NCBI GenBank assembly: GCA_964453785.1 | Contig: CAYVRK010000013.1 | Span: 25,370-89,369 of the forward strand | Reading direction: 5' to 3' | DNA: 64,000 bases | Source: an uncultured Bacteroides sp. | GTDB lineage: Bacteria; Bacteroidota; Bacteroidia; Bacteroidales; GCA-2748055 | Shown here: one piece after another, positions 50,789 through 60,485 of the stretch | How the letters are laid out: each line of letters starts with the position of its first letter | How positions within the stretch are numbered: position 1 is the stretch's first letter | The notes under the pieces: generated by a model | Told to the model about the DNA's origin: nothing | Databases searched by the model: none | Seen by the model: the letters and a program-made list of their open reading frames with translations, nothing else | Position numbers and translations under genes: made by a program

Positions 50789-52894
50789 ATGAGAAAAATA
50801 TTAGCAATTATTGCTGTTTCCCTGATCCTGACATCAGGGTGCCAGACAAGCAAACATGAAAACATGAATCCATTTTTATCCGAATACGCTACACCTTTTG
50901 GTGTACCGCCCTTTGACCTGATAAAAAATGAGCACTACCTGCCGGCTTTTGAAGAGGGAATCAAACAACAGGAGACAGAGGTAGAGGCCATCATCGCCAA
51001 TCCGGAAGCGCCAAACTTTGAAAATACCATTGCTGCCCTGGACCAGAGCGGGGAGATCCTGCGCAGGGTAGACGGCGTTTTCTACAGGCTGCTGTCAGCC
51101 GAAACAACCAAGGAGATTGATTCCATTGCCAAATTGCTGGTACCGATCACATCGGCCCACCAGAGCAATATCATGCTGAATGAGGCCCTTTTCCAGAAAG
51201 TGAAAACCGTCTATGACCTTCGTGATTCATTGGATCTCAATACCGAACAGGCCAGGGTCCTGGAAAAAACCTACAAGTCTTTTGAACGCGGAGGCGCCAA
51301 CCTGGATGAAGAAGGCAAAGCCAGAATCAGACAGATTGATGAAAAACTATCCATGCTCACCCTTGAGTTCGGGAACAATCTTCTGAAGGAAACCAACAGT
51401 TACCATATGCTTCTTGAAAATGAAGAGGAACTGGCCGGCCTTCCCGAATCGGTTCGATCAGCAGCAGCAGAGGCTGCCTCCAAAGCAGGTTTCGAAGGAA
51501 AATGGCTTTTTACATTGCAAAAACCCAGTTGGATTCCATTCCTCCAGTACTCAGAAAAAAGGGAACTTCGGGAGAAGATCTACAAAGCCATGTATAGCCG
51601 AAGCAACAACGACAACGAATACGACAACAAGGCACTTATCCAGGAAATTCTTAGGCTTCGGATAGAAAGGGCCAATCTGTTGGGATACAAAACCCATGCG
51701 GATTATATGCTCGCCGACCGGATGGCCAAGGAACCTGGCAATGTATATAATCTCCTGATGACCATCTGGGACCCAGCCCTGAAAAAAGCCAAGGAGGAGG
51801 CAAACATGATGCAGGAAATGATTCATAAAGAGGGTGGTGATTTCGAACTTGCCTCGTGGGACTGGTGGTATTATGCCGAAAAGATCCGCAAAGAAAAGTA
51901 TGATCTTGACGAAGAACAGGTCCGGCCCTATTTCAGCCTTGAGGCTGTGAAAGCAGGCCTTTTCAGTGTGGTAAACAAGCTCTATGGGCTGACTTTCGAG
52001 GAGCGCAAGGATCTTCCTGTCTACAACAAAGAGGTAGTGGCCTATGAAGTAAACGAGAAGGATGGTTCCCATTTGGGAATCCTTTATATGGATTTCTATC
52101 CCAGGCCAGGAAAAAAAGGCGGTGCCTGGAGTACTTCTATTCGTCGGGCCCATGTGGAAAACGGCCAAAAGGTAACTCCGGTTCATATGATCGTTATGAA
52201 CTTTACCCGCCCCACGGGAAGAAAGCCTGCATTGCTGAGTTTTGATGAGACACAGACCTTCTTTCATGAATTCGGTCATGCCCTCCATTCCATGCTGACC
52301 AAATGTGAATACCTCACTACATCAGGTACTGCTGTAGTAAGGGATTTTGTTGAGCTTCCTTCTCAGATCATGGAAAACTGGGCTGCTCATCCCGATGTCC
52401 TGAAAACTTATGCCAAACATTATGAAACCGGCGAAATGATCCCTGCTGAAATGATCAATAAGCTGGAAGCAGCGGGCAAATTTAACCAGGGTTTTGTAAC
52501 CGTTGAGTATCTGGCTGCTGCCATCCTGGATATGGACTTTCATACATTGACAGCAGGATATGAAGTGAATGTAAATGAATTTGAGAAGAGCTCCATGGAC
52601 AGGATCGGTCTCATCAAGGAAATCATTCCACGCTACCGTCCTACTTACTTCTCCCATATCTTCGCCGGCGGTTACTCAGCCGGATATTACAGCTATATCT
52701 GGGCTGAAGTTCTGGATAAGGATGCTTTCAATGCTTTCCTTGAAACCTCTTTGTTTGACAGCAAGACAGCCCTGTCTTTCAGGGAGAATATCCTGGAAAA
52801 AGGAGGTTCGGTTGATGAGATGGAAATGTATATGAATTTCCGGGGAAAAGAACCTACCATTGAACCGCTGCTGAAAGGCAGGGGCCTGCAATAG
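50789..52894 (+). CDS. dcp: M3-family peptidyl-dipeptidase (Dcp-like) lipoprotein
   Basis: The ATG at 50789 gives MRKILAIIAVSLILTSGC (lipobox). Zinc motif FHEFGHALH. Overall M3A length is 701 aa. Confidence 0.9.
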   Translation: MRKILAIIAVSLILTSGCQTSKHENMNPFLSEYATPFGVPPFDLIKNEHYLPAFEEGIKQQETEVEAIIANPEAPNFENTIAALDQSGEILRRVDGVFYRLLSAETTKEIDSIAKLLVPITSAHQSNIMLNEALFQKVKTVYDLRDSLDLNTEQARVLEKTYKSFERGGANLDEEGKARIRQIDEKLSMLTLEFGNNLLKETNSYHMLLENEEELAGLPESVRSAAAEAASKAGFEGKWLFTLQKPSWIPFLQYSEKRELREKIYKAMYSRSNNDNEYDNKALIQEILRLRIERANLLGYKTHADYMLADRMAKEPGNVYNLLMTIWDPALKKAKEEANMMQEMIHKEGGDFELASWDWWYYAEKIRKEKYDLDEEQVRPYFSLEAVKAGLFSVVNKLYGLTFEERKDLPVYNKEVVAYEVNEKDGSHLGILYMDFYPRPGKKGGAWSTSIRRAHVENGQKVTPVHMIVMNFTRPTGRKPALLSFDETQTFFHEFGHALHSMLTKCEYLTTSGTAVVRDFVELPSQIMENWAAHPDVLKTYAKHYETGEMIPAEMINKLEAAGKFNQGFVTVEYLAAAILDMDFHTLTAGYEVNVNEFEKSSMDRIGLIKEIIPRYRPTYFSHIFAGGYSAGYYSYIWAEVLDKDAFNAFLETSLFDSKTALSFRENILEKGGSVDEMEMYMNFRGKEPTIEPLLKGRGLQ

Positions 52895-52935
52895 AGAAAA
52901 ATCAAAAGCGTTTTGGATCGGGGGGTATGGCTTTG

Positions 52936-54354
52936 CTATACTCCCCTTCCTTTTACAATGGTAATCACCGTATAGAAGAGGATTTTCAGATCCACAAACA
53001 GAGACATGTTTTCTATATAAAGGATGTCATAACGGAGCCGCTTGATCATCTCCTCCACATTCTCTGCATACCCATACTTGACCTGTCCCCATGAGGTAAT
53101 GCCCGGCTTCACTTTATGAAGGTGTACATAGTGAGGAGCCTGCTCGGTAATTTTATTGATAAAGTACTGTCTTTCGGGACGTGGTCCCACAAGTGCCATA
53201 TCTCCCTTCAGTACATTGATGAAATTCGGAATCTCATCCAGCCGGTGTTTGCGCATAAACTGACCGAAGCGCGTGACCCGGGGATCGTGCTTTGAAGATA
53301 GTTCAGGCCCATTCTCCTCTGCCTTGTGATACATGGATCTGAACTTGTATATGTGGAAATACCTGCCAAACCTTCCAACCCTCTGCTGCCTGTAAAATAT
53401 GGGGCCAGGGGAAGAAAGCTTCACTCCGGCTATCAGGAAGATGATCAGGGGTGTCAGAATAACCAGGGAAACAACAGACAGTACAATATCAAGCATCTGT
53501 TTCACATTCTGTTGCCATGCCGGCATCAGTTCATGGGTCACCTCCAGCAAAGGAGTACCAAAAATCGTTGAGCTTTTTACTTTACCGGCCAGAATATCGG
53601 TCATACTCGGGATAGCGCTGATGCGGAGATCCAGCAGGGACAAGCGGTTGATAATATCCCCGATCTTTCCATGTTCGGATGGTTCCAGAGCAATGATCAC
53701 CTCCTCCACGGACAGATCACGAAGGATGGCCTCCATGTTTTCATGTCCTCCCAGGTGGGCAATATGGTCCTGCAACTGGTAATGCTCCTTCTCCTGTAAA
53801 TTAATAAATCCCAGGATTTCGTGCCCGCTGGATTTTTTCTGGTCGAGAATCTCCATGTAAACATCCACCGCATTTTCATTGCTTCCGATCATCACGGTCT
53901 TAAATCCGAGTTTTCGTTGATGGACCCTGCGTACAGTCCGACCGGTGATAATCATTCTCGGAATAAGGGTAATGGTCAGATGAAGCAGGAAAAGGGTGAA
54001 GAAGAGGCTGTAATAATTTGTATAATCCACAATGGTATCATCCAGGATCAGAAGAAAGAAAATCATCAGAACACCAAACATAGATGACATGAAGGTGCGG
54101 GCAAAATCATCCAGTCTGGAACGTCTGAAAACGTTGTTGTAAAACCCGGTAAAATAGTAAAATATGATCCATGCAAACGGGAGGCCAATGGCTCCTGCCC
54201 AGAACCTGGGACCCAGGGCAATTGGAATATCAATGCCAAAGACCTGTGGCTCAATCTGGACCTTCCTGAATAGGTAAAACAGAATCCATGCCACGGATGC
54301 AGCAATGAAGTCAAAAACAATGTAGAGAAGGCGTTGGTTCCCTTGGTTCTTCAT
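52936..54354 (-). CDS. Polyprenyl-phosphate hexose-1-phosphate transferase (WbaP/EpsB-type initiating sugar transferase)
   Basis: 472 aa. Four to five N-terminal TM helices, a central Rossmann-like segment, and a C-terminal bacterial sugar-transferase domain (GPIFYRQQRVG, DEIPNFINVLKGDMALVGPRP, PGITSWGQV). Confidence 0.9.
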   Translation of the reverse strand: MKNQGNQRLLYIVFDFIAASVAWILFYLFRKVQIEPQVFGIDIPIALGPRFWAGAIGLPFAWIIFYYFTGFYNNVFRRSRLDDFARTFMSSMFGVLMIFFLLILDDTIVDYTNYYSLFFTLFLLHLTITLIPRMIITGRTVRRVHQRKLGFKTVMIGSNENAVDVYMEILDQKKSSGHEILGFINLQEKEHYQLQDHIAHLGGHENMEAILRDLSVEEVIIALEPSEHGKIGDIINRLSLLDLRISAIPSMTDILAGKVKSSTIFGTPLLEVTHELMPAWQQNVKQMLDIVLSVVSLVILTPLIIFLIAGVKLSSPGPIFYRQQRVGRFGRYFHIYKFRSMYHKAEENGPELSSKHDPRVTRFGQFMRKHRLDEIPNFINVLKGDMALVGPRPERQYFINKITEQAPHYVHLHKVKPGITSWGQVKYGYAENVEEMIKRLRYDILYIENMSLFVDLKILFYTVITIVKGRGV

Positions 54355-54475
54355 TCAGTAGCAAAGCTCTTCCTAGTATAACTGCAAATCAAACCAAATA
54401 ATTGCATGATGGATAAAAAAATTGGCCAAATATGTTCAAGAATATAAACTATATTTGAATTTTCAAAGAGGGACT

Positions 54476-55117
54476 ATGGATAATTTTCGCCATAAAGGGT
54501 TAAGAAAGAAGCTGATAGAGTCAATAAAGGAAAAAGGGATCGGGAACGAGGATGTGCTTAAGGCCATGGACCGGGTACCCCGGCATCTGTTCATGGATAG
54601 TAGTTTTGTAAACCACTCTTACACGGATAAAGCATTCCCAATTGCCGCCGGGCAGACCATCTCCCAACCTTATACAGTAGCATTTCAGACTGAACTGCTT
54701 GAGGTTTCCAGGCACCTGAAAGTCCTGGAGGTAGGAACCGGATCGGGGTATCAGACCGCTGTGTTGCTTGAACTGGGTGCCAGGGTCTATACCATTGAAC
54801 GCCAGAGGCAGCTTTTCCTGGATGCACAGAAAACCCTTGCACCCCTTCATTACAAACCTGTCTTTTTTTATGGAGACGGTTACGAAGGATTGCCTTCCTA
54901 TGCACCGTTTGACAGGATCCTGGTCACAGCCGCAGCCCCGGAAGTTCCACAACAGCTTCTGGACCAGCTGGCTGTAGGGGGCATCCTTGTGATCCCCGAA
55001 GGAGGCCCCTCGGGTCAGAAAATGACAAAGGTTTACAGGAAAGCGGAAAATGTTTACCAGAGAAGTGAACATGGATTCTTCTCATTTGTTCCGCTACTGA
55101 AAGGGAAAAACGCATAG
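54476..55117 (+). CDS. pcm: Protein-L-isoaspartate O-methyltransferase
   Basis: The ATG at 54476 (MDNFRHKGLRKKLI) is the likely start; the track start at 54422 is a TTG. Motifs are TISQPYTVA and the SAM motif VLEVGTGSGYQTAVL. Confidence 0.92.
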   Translation: MDNFRHKGLRKKLIESIKEKGIGNEDVLKAMDRVPRHLFMDSSFVNHSYTDKAFPIAAGQTISQPYTVAFQTELLEVSRHLKVLEVGTGSGYQTAVLLELGARVYTIERQRQLFLDAQKTLAPLHYKPVFFYGDGYEGLPSYAPFDRILVTAAAPEVPQQLLDQLAVGGILVIPEGGPSGQKMTKVYRKAENVYQRSEHGFFSFVPLLKGKNA

Positions 55118-55118
55118 C

Positions 55119-55766
55119 ATGATTCGTACAGAGGCCATTGTATTCAACGCATTTCAGGTGAACACATACCTGGTGTGGGATGAAACCGGGGATTGCCTGG
55201 TAGTGGATCCAGCTTTCTATTCCACTGAGGAACAAAACGCTTTGGAATCCCTTATCAGCGAAAAAGGGCTGGTTGTTGCCGGGCAGATCAATACACACTG
55301 CCACGTGGATCATGTGCTGGGCGTACACCATATGAAATCGGAATACAAATGTGCCATTCGGGCTCACAACGAAGAGTTGAGGGTGGCTGCCAATGTTCCC
55401 CTCATGGGTGACCTTTTCGGATGGAGCGTGGAACCCATCAACGGGATTGACGAATTCATCGAAGACAACCAGCATATCCCTGTCGGAAATCATTTCCTGC
55501 AGGCCATTCATGTGCCCGGACATTCTACGGGAAGCCTTGCATTCTATTCCAGAGAAGGTGGTTTTATAATCACCGGAGATGCCCTGTTCCGGGGAAGCAT
55601 CGGAAGGACCGACCTGCCCGGAGGTGATTATAACACACTTGTTAAATCCATTAAAAGCCGTCTGTTGGTTCTGCCCCCGGAAACAGTGGTCTATCCCGGG
55701 CACGGCCCCTCTTCAACCATCGGTGAAGAAATAAGCACCAATCCTTTCCTGAGGGCCGTTGAATAA
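55119..55766 (+). CDS. MBL-fold metallo-hydrolase (glyoxalase II-like)
   Basis: 215 aa. Metal motif THCHVDH, then PGHSTGS and the C-terminal GHG. Confidence 0.88.
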   Translation: MIRTEAIVFNAFQVNTYLVWDETGDCLVVDPAFYSTEEQNALESLISEKGLVVAGQINTHCHVDHVLGVHHMKSEYKCAIRAHNEELRVAANVPLMGDLFGWSVEPINGIDEFIEDNQHIPVGNHFLQAIHVPGHSTGSLAFYSREGGFIITGDALFRGSIGRTDLPGGDYNTLVKSIKSRLLVLPPETVVYPGHGPSSTIGEEISTNPFLRAVE

Positions 55767-55816
55767 CATGATTTCTGATATAAAAATTGAAGTCCCTTTT
55801 ACCTATATTTGGCTTC

Positions 55817-58687
55817 ATGAAAAAAGACAGTTTTAGCCAACGTCACCTTGGCCCCCGCCAGCCGGAAATCGATGAGATGCTTGAGAAAATCGGCGTCAGT
55901 TCACTGGATGAACTTGTAAAAAAAACCATTCCTTCCTCCATCTTCAAGCAACAATCGCTGAACCTTCCTGAAGGAATCGATGAGCATGCATACTTGCAGA
56001 AAATGCGTGAGATTGCGGGTAAAAATAAGATGTTCAATTCATATATTGGGCTTGGATATTACAACACCAACCTCCCGTCTGTCATACAGCGCAATATCCT
56101 GGAAAATCCCAACTGGTATACTTCATATACTCCTTATCAGGCTGAGATCTCACAGGGCAGGCTGGAGGCCCTGCTGAATTTCCAGACCATGATCATGGAC
56201 CTAACCGGGATGGAAATTGCCAATGCATCACTCCTGGATGAAGCTACGGCTGCTGCTGAAGCCATGATCATGTTGTTCAATGCCCGGTCAAGGGCTGCTG
56301 TGAAGGAAGGGAAAAACAGGTTTTTCGTGGATGAGAACATCTTTCCCCAGACAAAATCCGTATTGATAACCAGGTCCGGGCCCCTTGGAATTGAGCTCTC
56401 ATTTGGGGCCTATTCGGATGTCTCCCTGGATGATTCCCTGTTTGGATGCTTTATCCAGTATCCCGCCGCAGACGGTGCCATCAGAGATTATGCCGGATTC
56501 ACCAGCGCTGCCCACGAAAAGGATATTGCCGTTGCTGTAGCTGCGGATCCCATGAGCCTTGTGCTGATCACTCCTCCCGGTGAATGGGGTGCGGATGTGG
56601 TGGTGGGGTCTACCCAGCGTTTCGGGATACCCATGTTCTACGGCGGACCGCATGCGGCCTATTTTGCCACCGGGGAGGACTATAAAAGGCATTTGCCCGG
56701 CAGGATCATCGGCATTTCCATCGATGTGAATGATAGACCTGCTCTCAGGATGGCATTGCAAACCAGGGAACAGCATATTAAAAGGGAGCGGGCCACATCC
56801 AATATCTGCACGGCCCAGGCACTGCTGGCCAGCATGGCAGGGATGTATGGTCTGTACCATGGTCCCGAAGGTTTACAGCGGATCGCTTCCAATATCCACA
56901 CCGGAGCTGCCTACCTGGCTGCACAATTAAAGGGCTTGGAATACAAAGTGGTTCATGAAGATTTCTTTGATACCCTGCTGATCCAACTGCCCTCGGGCAT
57001 GTCCCATGAAACCATCCGGGAACTCGCTACTGAAAAGGAGATCAACTTCTACTACCCGGCTGAGAATCTGATCCAAATGTCCACCGATGAAACAACATAT
57101 GAAGAGAGGCTCAATGAGATTGTCGAGATATTCGCTTTTGCAGTGAAAAAGGCTGTGCATTTCAAGGAAACACTGGAGCCAACTGAGGCTTTTGCTCCCT
57201 CATTTAAAAGGCAGTCACCCATTCTTGAACAGGAGATCTTTAACAAATACCGCTCGGAAACAGACCTGATGCGGTACATCAGGATGCTGGAGCGAAAAGA
57301 CATCTCACTGACCCAGTCCATGATCTCTCTGGGCTCTTGCACCATGAAGCTGAATGCGGCCACCCAGCTCATGCCTGTGAGCTGGCCTGAGTTTTCCACC
57401 ATTCACCCTTTTGTGCCCATTGAACAGACCGAAGGATTCCACCAGCTGATCAATGAACTGGAATCCGCTTTGAAGGAGATCACCGGTTTTGATACCATCT
57501 CCTTCCAGCCCAATTCGGGCGCTTCAGGGGAATATGCCGGATTGATGGTGATCCAGGCCTATCACCGGGATCGTGGTGAAGCCCACCGGAACATCGTTCT
57601 GATCCCGGCTTCGGCTCACGGGACCAATCCGGCCAGCGCAGTGATGGCCGGACTGCAGGTCAAAGTGGTCGATTGCGATGAATTCGGAAACATTGATTCA
57701 CGGCACCTGAAAGAGCTGGCAGAGACACACAAAGAAGAGCTCTCTTCGATCATGATTACCTATCCCTCCACCCATGGTGTATTTGAAGACAACATCCGTG
57801 ACATCATCAATATGGTGCATGAGAACGGGGGCCAGGTCTATATGGACGGGGCCAACATGAATGCACAGGTGGGCCTCACCAGTCCGGCCTACATCGGTGC
57901 GGATGTCTGCCACCTGAACCTGCATAAAACCTTTGCCATTCCCCATGGAGGAGGAGGGCCGGGTGTAGGTCCCATTGGTGTGGCCAGCCACCTGGTGGAA
58001 TTCCTGCCAACCCATCCTCTGGTGGCAACCGGAGGGATCAAAGGTATCGATGCTGTGGCTGCAGCTCCCTATGGCAGCGCCGGAATCCTGGGTATTTCCC
58101 ACGCGTATATCCAAATGCTCGGTGGAAAAGGCCTTACGGAAGCCACCCGCATTGCCATCCTGAACGCCAACTACGTAGCGGCATCACTGAAGGATCATTA
58201 TGACATCCTCTACAAAGGGAGCGAAGGTTTTGTGGCCCATGAAATGATTCTGGATTGCAGGAAATTCAAGACACTTGCTGACATCACAGAGGCCGACATT
58301 GCAAAAAGGCTGATGGATTACGGCTTCCACGCCCCTACCCTTTCCTTCCCTGTGCACGGTACCCTGATGATGGAACCCACCGAGAGTGAATCCAAGGCTG
58401 AACTGGACCGGTTTATCCAGGCCATGATAGACATACACAACGATATTATGGAGATTGCCGATGGAAAGCAGGAGGTGGAGGAGAGTGTACTCCGCAATGC
58501 CCCGCATACAGCAGAGATACTCCTTTCAGAAAACTGGGATAAGCGCTATTCCCGTGAAAAAGCAGCCTTCCCCCTTCCCTGGGTAAAGGAAAACAAATTC
58601 TGGCCAACGGTAAGCCGCATTAATGACGGATACGGAGACCGGAACCTGGTCTGCTCATGCGAACCCCTGGAGGCCTACCGGGATTGA
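55817..58687 (+). CDS. gcvP: Glycine dehydrogenase (aminomethyl-transferring), single-chain P protein
   Basis: The ATG at 55817 (MKKDSFSQRHLGP) is the likely start. Motifs are YTPYQAEISQGRLEALLNFQ and the PLP-lysine region CHLNLHKTF. 956 aa. Confidence 0.96.
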   Translation: MKKDSFSQRHLGPRQPEIDEMLEKIGVSSLDELVKKTIPSSIFKQQSLNLPEGIDEHAYLQKMREIAGKNKMFNSYIGLGYYNTNLPSVIQRNILENPNWYTSYTPYQAEISQGRLEALLNFQTMIMDLTGMEIANASLLDEATAAAEAMIMLFNARSRAAVKEGKNRFFVDENIFPQTKSVLITRSGPLGIELSFGAYSDVSLDDSLFGCFIQYPAADGAIRDYAGFTSAAHEKDIAVAVAADPMSLVLITPPGEWGADVVVGSTQRFGIPMFYGGPHAAYFATGEDYKRHLPGRIIGISIDVNDRPALRMALQTREQHIKRERATSNICTAQALLASMAGMYGLYHGPEGLQRIASNIHTGAAYLAAQLKGLEYKVVHEDFFDTLLIQLPSGMSHETIRELATEKEINFYYPAENLIQMSTDETTYEERLNEIVEIFAFAVKKAVHFKETLEPTEAFAPSFKRQSPILEQEIFNKYRSETDLMRYIRMLERKDISLTQSMISLGSCTMKLNAATQLMPVSWPEFSTIHPFVPIEQTEGFHQLINELESALKEITGFDTISFQPNSGASGEYAGLMVIQAYHRDRGEAHRNIVLIPASAHGTNPASAVMAGLQVKVVDCDEFGNIDSRHLKELAETHKEELSSIMITYPSTHGVFEDNIRDIINMVHENGGQVYMDGANMNAQVGLTSPAYIGADVCHLNLHKTFAIPHGGGGPGVGPIGVASHLVEFLPTHPLVATGGIKGIDAVAAAPYGSAGILGISHAYIQMLGGKGLTEATRIAILNANYVAASLKDHYDILYKGSEGFVAHEMILDCRKFKTLADITEADIAKRLMDYGFHAPTLSFPVHGTLMMEPTESESKAELDRFIQAMIDIHNDIMEIADGKQEVEESVLRNAPHTAEILLSENWDKRYSREKAAFPLPWVKENKFWPTVSRINDGYGDRNLVCSCEPLEAYRD

Positions 58688-58688
58688 C

Positions 58689-59150
58689 CTAGAGGAGTTT
58701 TTGGAGTACCGGTTTCAATCCCTCACTCAGAACCTGGGATGCATATACTTTACAATCCCTGCAATTCTCGTTTTTACAAATATTCCCTTTTTCAGAGGCT
58801 TCCCAGCATGGCTGGAAGCTCTCTTTATAAGCATCACAGGAAATTCTGTCACTTTCTGAACACTTTCGGATGGCCCAGCACGGAACAACTGCCATCAGCG
58901 TTCGGAGACCCGCAAAATTAAGTCCGTGATCACGTATCAAAACCTGTATTGACTTTAGTCTTTTAATGTCGTTCTGAGAAAAAAGGTGTCGACCCGACTT
59001 AAGCTTATAGGGAATAATCAGCCCCATGTCGATATATTGCCGGATGGAGTGGGAGGGGATTTCAGAGAGCTGGGAGGCCACGCCCAATGTATAAACCGGC
59101 CTGTTGCTTTTCAGTATACCGGTGTCTCCTGTGGGTGCTATTGAATTCAT
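58689..59150 (-). CDS. MerR-family transcriptional regulator with a Cys-rich C-terminal domain
   Basis: The ATG at 59150 gives MNSIAPTGDT... MerR HTH: VYTLGVASQLSEIPSHSIRQYIDMGLIIPYKLKSGRHLFSQNDIKRL. C-terminus with 7 Cys: CWAIRKCSESDRISCDAYKESFQPCWEASEKGNICKNENCRDC. Transcribed divergently from the cytochrome operon. Confidence 0.8.
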   Translation of the reverse strand: MNSIAPTGDTGILKSNRPVYTLGVASQLSEIPSHSIRQYIDMGLIIPYKLKSGRHLFSQNDIKRLKSIQVLIRDHGLNFAGLRTLMAVVPCWAIRKCSESDRISCDAYKESFQPCWEASEKGNICKNENCRDCKVYASQVLSEGLKPVLQKLL

Positions 59151-59183
59151 TATTCTTATTTGGTATAATTCTAAATAGATTGA

Positions 59184-59201
59184 TATAGAAACACTTCTAT
59201 A
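59184..59201. promoter_or_regulatory. Perfect 18-bp palindrome in the MerR/cytochrome divergent spacer, a candidate operator
   Basis: TATAGAA-acac-TTCTATA, lying 34 nt from the MerR-like start and 79 nt from the cytochrome start. Confidence 0.4.
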
Positions 59202-59279
59202 CTGCAAAGATAATGATTGTCCTGTTTTTTCTGTATCATTATTCACTTATTTTATGTATTATTTAATGCAGTTTATATC

Positions 59280-59735
59280 ATGCCTTCGCAACTGAAAAGA
59301 CTCATTCCCCTGTTCATCATCTTTATCGGGTTGTTTCTCGTGGTCAGGCATTTCCTTATTCCGGAATCATTTGGACAGTACGGATATTATCGAGGTAATT
59401 CGTTGCAGGAAATTGCTTCAAAAGAGGCAGTCTATGCGGATAAGGAGGACTGTATTGCCTGTCACGATGATATATGGGAGAAACTGGAAGGTGAGATGCA
59501 TGCCGGCCTCTCCTGCCTGGTCTGTCATGGACCTGGGAGTGTACATGTGGAGGATCCACAGCCGGATAACATTGTTAAAGAAAGCGGCAGGGCATTTTGC
59601 GGCCGGTGCCATGACATCAATACCTCAAGACCCTCAGATGTTGTTTTTCAAATTGATCTACATACACATCACACCGAGAAATCGAATTGTATAGAGTGTC
59701 ATAATCCACATGCATTATGGGAGGGAATGGAATGA
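59280..59735 (+). CDS. Membrane-anchored tetraheme c-type cytochrome (cytochrome c3/NrfB-like)
   Basis: The ATG at 59280 gives MPSQLKRLIPLFIIFIGLFLVV (N-terminal TM anchor). Four CxxCH sites: CIACH, CLVCH, CGRCH and CIECH. 151 aa. Confidence 0.85.
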   Translation: MPSQLKRLIPLFIIFIGLFLVVRHFLIPESFGQYGYYRGNSLQEIASKEAVYADKEDCIACHDDIWEKLEGEMHAGLSCLVCHGPGSVHVEDPQPDNIVKESGRAFCGRCHDINTSRPSDVVFQIDLHTHHTEKSNCIECHNPHALWEGME

Positions 59736-60484
59736 ATTCATCGCGAAGAAAATTCATAAAAGCTTCCGCTACTACAGCAGGAGCGTTGCTTCTTACCTCT
59801 GTAACCAGGCCATTTCAAGTGCTTCTCATGGCATCAGACCCTCCTCCCGAAGATGGCCCCTGGTGGGGAATTGGCATAGACATCAGCCTTTGTATCGGTT
59901 GCGGGCTCTGTGCCAGGGGTTGTAAAACAGAGAACCATGTGCCGGAGGAACCTTTCTATTTCCGCACCTGGGTTGAACAGTATACCGTATTAAACAATGG
60001 GGAGGTAAAAATTGAATCCCCGAACGGGGGGATTGATGGGTTTAAACAATCTGCCCCTGAGGAGGAGATTTTTAAAACCTTCTTTGTACCCAAGATGTGC
60101 AACCATTGCGCCAAATCACCCTGCACACAGGTTTGCCCGGTGGGAGCAACTTATGAAAGCCCGGATGGAATCGCTCTCGTGGACCAGGAGTATTGCATTG
60201 GCTGCGGCTATTGCATCCAGGCCTGTCCATATGGATGCCGCTATTTACATCCCGTAAAGAAAGTGGCTGATAAATGCACATTATGCTACCATCGCCTGGC
60301 AAAAGGTCTCGCTCCTGTCTGTATGGAAGTTTGTCCCACCAAGGCCAGAATATATGGGAATCTCAGGGACCGGGAAAGTGACCTTGTAAAATTCCTGCGG
60401 GAACATAACTATCAGGTATTAAAACCACATTTGAATACCGGTTCGAAACTGTTTTATAATGCCCTCACTGCTGAAGTAAGTTGA
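59732..60484 (+). CDS. Tat-exported 4x[4Fe-4S] ferredoxin-type subunit (NrfC/PsrB/HybA family)
   Basis: Twin-arginine signal MNSSRRKFIKASATTAGALLL. Four Cys clusters: CIGCGLCARGC, CNHCAKSPCTQVCP, CIGCGYCIQACP and CTLCYHR...CMEVCP. The ATG at 59732 overlaps the cytochrome stop (ATGA). An ATG at 59717 is an alternative start. Confidence 0.9.
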   Translation: MNSSRRKFIKASATTAGALLLTSVTRPFQVLLMASDPPPEDGPWWGIGIDISLCIGCGLCARGCKTENHVPEEPFYFRTWVEQYTVLNNGEVKIESPNGGIDGFKQSAPEEEIFKTFFVPKMCNHCAKSPCTQVCPVGATYESPDGIALVDQEYCIGCGYCIQACPYGCRYLHPVKKVADKCTLCYHRLAKGLAPVCMEVCPTKARIYGNLRDRESDLVKFLREHNYQVLKPHLNTGSKLFYNALTAEVS

Positions 60485-60485
60485 A

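Noticed and set aside
54521-55703. 183-aa and 259-aa minus-strand ORFs opposite pcm and the MBL hydrolase
   Set aside because: The + strand frames carry the diagnostic motifs (VLEVGTGSGYQ and THCHVDH). The minus frames are His/Pro/Gly-rich antisense artefacts.
55767-55816. Possible glycine riboswitch upstream of gcvP
   Set aside because: Only about 50 nt separate the MBL hydrolase stop from the gcvP ATG. That is too short for a glycine riboswitch aptamer, and I see no conserved aptamer core.
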